Positions 60,706-64,000 of a stretch of DNA of 64,000 nt are shown in pieces; position 1 is the stretch's first letter, and each line of letters starts with the position of its first letter. The translations under genes and the position numbers were made by a program. The notes under the pieces are model-generated. The model had not been told where the DNA came from. It did no database searches and worked only from the letters and a program-made list of their open reading frames with translations. Source of the DNA: Deltaproteobacteria bacterium (GTDB lineage Bacteria; Desulfobacterota; Binatia; UTPRO1); contig JADLHM010000110.1 of assembly GCA_020848745.1 (NCBI GenBank), positions 12,688 to 76,687 on the forward strand. The letters run 5' to 3'.

Positions 60706-61374
60706 ATGCGCACCGCCATGAAACCTCGCGTCGCGGACGGCCAGCGCGCCGTCCCTCCCGCTGACGGAAGACGATTCGGTACGCGCGAGGCGATCCTCGC
60801 CGCTGCTGCGCGCTCGTTCGCCGAGCGCGGCTATCATCGCACGAGCCTCCACGAGGTGGCGGAGGATGTCGGCATCCAGAAGGCATCGATCTTCCACCAT
60901 TTCGCGAGCAAGGAAGCGCTCTATCGCGCGGTGCTCGCGGAAGGCCACGGCGAGGGCGAGGCCATCGTCCGCCGGGCGATCGCGGGTGGCGGCTCGTGGT
61001 GGGAGCGGATGCGCGCGTTGCTGGACGCGTACATCGATCTCGTCGCCGCCCGTCCCGAGCAGACCAAGATCCTGCTCCGGCAGTCGCTCGGCGACGCGCC
61101 CGAGGGCTACGACGGGGGGCCGGATTCGGACCGCCTTATTGCGCTCGTGACGTCGTTCATGGACGAAGGGCAACGCGCGGGGGCCTTCGCGCCCTGCGAC
61201 GGCCTCGGCCTGGTGCTCGGCGTGATGGGGATGGTCGTCTTCTTCTTCACGTCCGCGCCGGTCGTCGCCTCCGGGTGGAGTGCGGAGCTCTCGGCAGAAG
61301 GCGTCGAAGCCGTCCGTCACCGCGTGACCGCGATCGTCGAGCGCGTGCTCCTTCAGGCCGTCAGATTGCCGTAG
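60706..61374 (+). CDS. TetR family transcriptional regulator
   Basis: TetR HTH (REAILAAAARSFAERGYHRTSLHEVAEDVGIQKASIFHHFASKEALY). Start could be Met5 (MKPRV). Confidence 0.65.
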   Translation: MRTAMKPRVADGQRAVPPADGRRFGTREAILAAAARSFAERGYHRTSLHEVAEDVGIQKASIFHHFASKEALYRAVLAEGHGEGEAIVRRAIAGGGSWWERMRALLDAYIDLVAARPEQTKILLRQSLGDAPEGYDGGPDSDRLIALVTSFMDEGQRAGAFAPCDGLGLVLGVMGMVVFFFTSAPVVASGWSAELSAEGVEAVRHRVTAIVERVLLQAVRLP

Positions 61375-62072
61375 TGCGCGAGGCGCGTGAGGCGCTCGAG
61401 ATCGAGCACCACGACGCCCTCGTCCTCGATCGAGATCATCTTGTTGCGTTTCAGCTTCGCGAGCAGGCGGATCGCTGTCTCGGTCGAGACGCCGATCATG
61501 TCCGCGAGCTCGCGGCGTGAGTAGGTGAGGCGGATGAGGGGCGGGGCGTCGTTCGTGTCGGCGTCGTGACAGGCGCCGTCGCCGAGCCGCAGGAGGAGGT
61601 CGGCGAGGCGCGCGTCGGCCCGCTTCAGCGCGAGCTCGCCCGCCTTGCGGCGGGTCGCAGCGAGCGCCCGGCTGAGCGTCGCGACCAGCTGGATGCTCGT
61701 TTTCGGATGGCGTTCGAGGAACTTCACGAGCCGCTCGCGGGGCAGGAACGAGAGCTGCGCCTCGGTCAGCGCCTCCGCTGAGGCGGAGAAGGTGTCCTCG
61801 TCGTCGAGGCCGAGCTCGCCGAGGATCGCGCCCGGCGTCGCGACGTCGATGATGAACTCGCGACCGAAGCGGTCCGACTGATAGAGCTTCACGTTGCCGT
61901 GGCAGAGGACGTAGAAGCCTGTCGCCGGCGTGCCCTCGTGGAAGACGACCTGCCGTGGCTTGTAGAGGCCGGTCACGGCGCAGGTCTGGAAGTCGCCGAG
62001 ATCCTCGAAGGGGAGGTCCGCGATGCAGGTATGCGCCCGGACCGTGCACTGTTGACAGGAAATGCGCCTCAT
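61353..62072 (-). CDS. Crp/Fnr family transcriptional regulator with N-terminal Cys cluster (Fnr-like sensor)
   Basis: 239 aa from MRRISCQQCTVRAHTC (C-x2-C-x5-C). cNMP-binding-like beta-roll. C-terminal HTH (RRELADMIGVSTETAIRLLAKL). Trimmed from ORF 61353..62135. Confidence 0.75.
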   Translation of the reverse strand: MRRISCQQCTVRAHTCIADLPFEDLGDFQTCAVTGLYKPRQVVFHEGTPATGFYVLCHGNVKLYQSDRFGREFIIDVATPGAILGELGLDDEDTFSASAEALTEAQLSFLPRERLVKFLERHPKTSIQLVATLSRALAATRRKAGELALKRADARLADLLLRLGDGACHDADTNDAPPLIRLTYSRRELADMIGVSTETAIRLLAKLKRNKMISIEDEGVVVLDLERLTRLAHYGNLTA

Positions 62073-62312
62073 CGCGCTGTTTCCCGCGGCGCGCGGTTCG
62101 CAGGTGCGTGAATCGCGGGCGCGACCCGGCGGCATGGCTGCGAACGATGCGGTTCGGATGGACTCTGGAGTCGCGATTGCGCGTTCATGCGGGTCGTATC
62201 TCTAGCACGGCTAGCAATCGTCACGCCAATTCCGCCACTTGCCTTGCGGCCCGCGAATGGCGGGGGATATAAGTGCCGGGTCTTTGTTCCGGCACGGGGG
62301 GACCCTCACAGC

Positions 62313-63965
62313 ATGAGCCAACTGCACGGCGGGCGCATCGTCGCCAAGGCCCTCAAGAACGAGGGCGTCTCGCACATCTTCACCCTCTGCGGTGGACATG
62401 TGATGTCCATCTACGACGGCTGTCTGGACGTCGGTATCCGCGTCGTCGACGCCCGTCACGAGCAGACGGCGGCTCATGCGGCCGATGGCTGGGCGCGGGT
62501 GACGGGTGAGCCCGGCGTCGCGGTCGTGACCGCCGGTCCGGGGCTCACCGACGCGGTGACGGGTGTGGCGTCCGCGTGGCGCGCCAACATTCCGATGCTG
62601 ATCATCGGCGGGCAGGGCCCGCGGAGCCTGCAGGACATGGGCTCTTTGCAGGACATGAACCACGTCGACCTCATGCGGCCCATCACCAAGTGGTCGCATT
62701 CGATCCCCGAAGCGCGCCGGCTCGGGGAGTACGTGAGCATGGCCTTCCGCATCGCGACCACGGGCGTGCCCGGGCCGGTGTTCCTCGAAATGCCGGTCGA
62801 CTTCCTGTTCGACTCCTACAACGAGGACCAGCTGACGTTCCCGACCGGCGGGCGGACAGCCGCCGGCGCGTCTCCCGATCCCGCCTACGTCGACAAGGCG
62901 ATCGAGCTGCTCGCGAAGGCCGAGAAGCCGGTCGCGCTCGTCGGGAGCCAGCTCTTCTGGTCGAAGCGCCGCGACGCCTATCTGCCGTTCGTCGAGCGGT
63001 TCGGGCTCCCGGTCTACGTGAATGGGCAGGCGCGCGGATCGCTGCCGCCCGACCATCCGAACTTCTTCACCAAGACGCGCAAGGAAGCGCTCCGCGGCGC
63101 CGACGTGATCCTGATCTTCGGCACTCCGCTCGACTTCCGGCTCGGGTACGGGCGCGCGAGCCACTTGAATCCGGAGGCGAAGCTCATCCAGATCGACCTC
63201 GACGGCGGCGAGATCGGACGGAACCGCCACGTCGACGTCGGCATCCCGGGCGATACCGGCATGACGATGGCGGCGCTCACCGCGGCGGCGACCGGCATGG
63301 CGAAGGGCGGGAGCCCCGCGGTTCGCGAGTGGGTGAAGAGCTTGCGGGTGAAGGAATCCGAGCGCACCGAACAGATGCGCGCCGAGATGGAATCCGACGC
63401 GTCGCCGATCAACCCGCTCCGCCTCTGCAAGGAGATCGACGGCATCCTCGACGACGACACGATCGTCATCGGCGACGGCGGCGACTTCGTCGCGACGGCG
63501 GCGTCGGTGCTGCGCATCGCCAAGATCGGCCAGTGGCTCGATCCGGGGCCGCTCGGGACGCTCGGCGTCGGTCCGGGCTACGCCATGGCTGCGAAGCTCG
63601 CGAAGCCCGGCAGCAACGTCATCATCGTCTACGGCGACGGCGCCTTCGGGCTGAACGGGCTCGAATTCGAGGCGTTCGCACGGCAGAAGATCAACGTGGT
63701 GGGCGTCATCGGCAATGACGCGGCGTGGATGCAGATCCGCCGCGGCCAGGTGGAGCTCTATGGCGAGGAGCGGTCGGTCGCGACCAAGCTCGAGTTCACC
63801 CACTACGAGAAGGTGGCCGAGGCGGTCGGTGCGCACGGCGAATACGTCGAGCAGCCGAAGGACATCCGTCCCGCGCTCGAGCGTGCGCTCGGCTGCGGCA
63901 AGCCGGCGCTCGTCAACGTACGCCTCGGGGTGAGCGAGTTCCGCAAGGGCGCGATCTCGATCTGA
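62313..63965 (+). CDS. thiamine pyrophosphate-dependent enzyme (acetolactate synthase/benzoylformate decarboxylase-like)
   Basis: 550 aa from MSQLHGGRIVAKALKNEGVSHIFTLCGGHV (TPP Pyr domain) and C-terminal GDGAFGLNGLEFEAFARQKINVVGVIGNDAAW (TPP PP-domain GDG motif). Start inside ORF 62187..63965. Confidence 0.8.
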   Translation: MSQLHGGRIVAKALKNEGVSHIFTLCGGHVMSIYDGCLDVGIRVVDARHEQTAAHAADGWARVTGEPGVAVVTAGPGLTDAVTGVASAWRANIPMLIIGGQGPRSLQDMGSLQDMNHVDLMRPITKWSHSIPEARRLGEYVSMAFRIATTGVPGPVFLEMPVDFLFDSYNEDQLTFPTGGRTAAGASPDPAYVDKAIELLAKAEKPVALVGSQLFWSKRRDAYLPFVERFGLPVYVNGQARGSLPPDHPNFFTKTRKEALRGADVILIFGTPLDFRLGYGRASHLNPEAKLIQIDLDGGEIGRNRHVDVGIPGDTGMTMAALTAAATGMAKGGSPAVREWVKSLRVKESERTEQMRAEMESDASPINPLRLCKEIDGILDDDTIVIGDGGDFVATAASVLRIAKIGQWLDPGPLGTLGVGPGYAMAAKLAKPGSNVIIVYGDGAFGLNGLEFEAFARQKINVVGVIGNDAAWMQIRRGQVELYGEERSVATKLEFTHYEKVAEAVGAHGEYVEQPKDIRPALERALGCGKPALVNVRLGVSEFRKGAISI

Positions 63966-64000
63966 AACGTGGGGCGGTATGGGTGATCTGTCGGCGGGAG

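Overview
Very GC-rich (about 70% GC) bacterial chromosomal segment with dense coding on both strands. Most true genes are recognisable from the ORF track, and most long antisense ORFs are GC artefacts. Several proteins carry Myxococcus-type cysteine-rich repeats, so the source is probably a Myxococcota-like deltaproteobacterium (inference). Gene content, start to end: two SDR dehydrogenases; a transglutaminase-like / ABC ATPase / large permease operon; TrmL; DUF1285; a VapBC toxin-antitoxin pair; Lgt plus a TlpA-like lipoprotein; a putative Fur-controlled FTR1 iron-uptake operon with a cytochrome c; CtpA; XseAB, IspA, TlyA; a heat-shock block (rpoZ, dnaJ, hspR-like MerR, rpoH). Then a nitric-oxide / low-oxygen island: NnrS, an LLM oxidoreductase / radical SAM / hemerythrin operon, quinol-type NO reductase, DUF2249, two TetR regulators and an Fnr-like regulator. 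The most unusual feature is a tight same-strand array of six divergent CrtI/phytoene-desaturase-family flavoenzymes (28.5-38.7 kb). The array is preceded by a translationally coupled small ORF and interrupted by a small ferritin-like diiron-motif protein. Further notable loci: an eliminase-type glycyl radical enzyme with its activase beside an O2-dependent-looking diiron protein; a 1476-aa fusion of a PQQ-dependent dehydrogenase to a pentaheme cytochrome; and a Tat-exported type II DMSO-reductase-family ABCD operon (alpha of NarG/Nxr size with an atypical N-terminal Cys motif). No rRNA, tRNA, CRISPR or transposase was recognised by eye.
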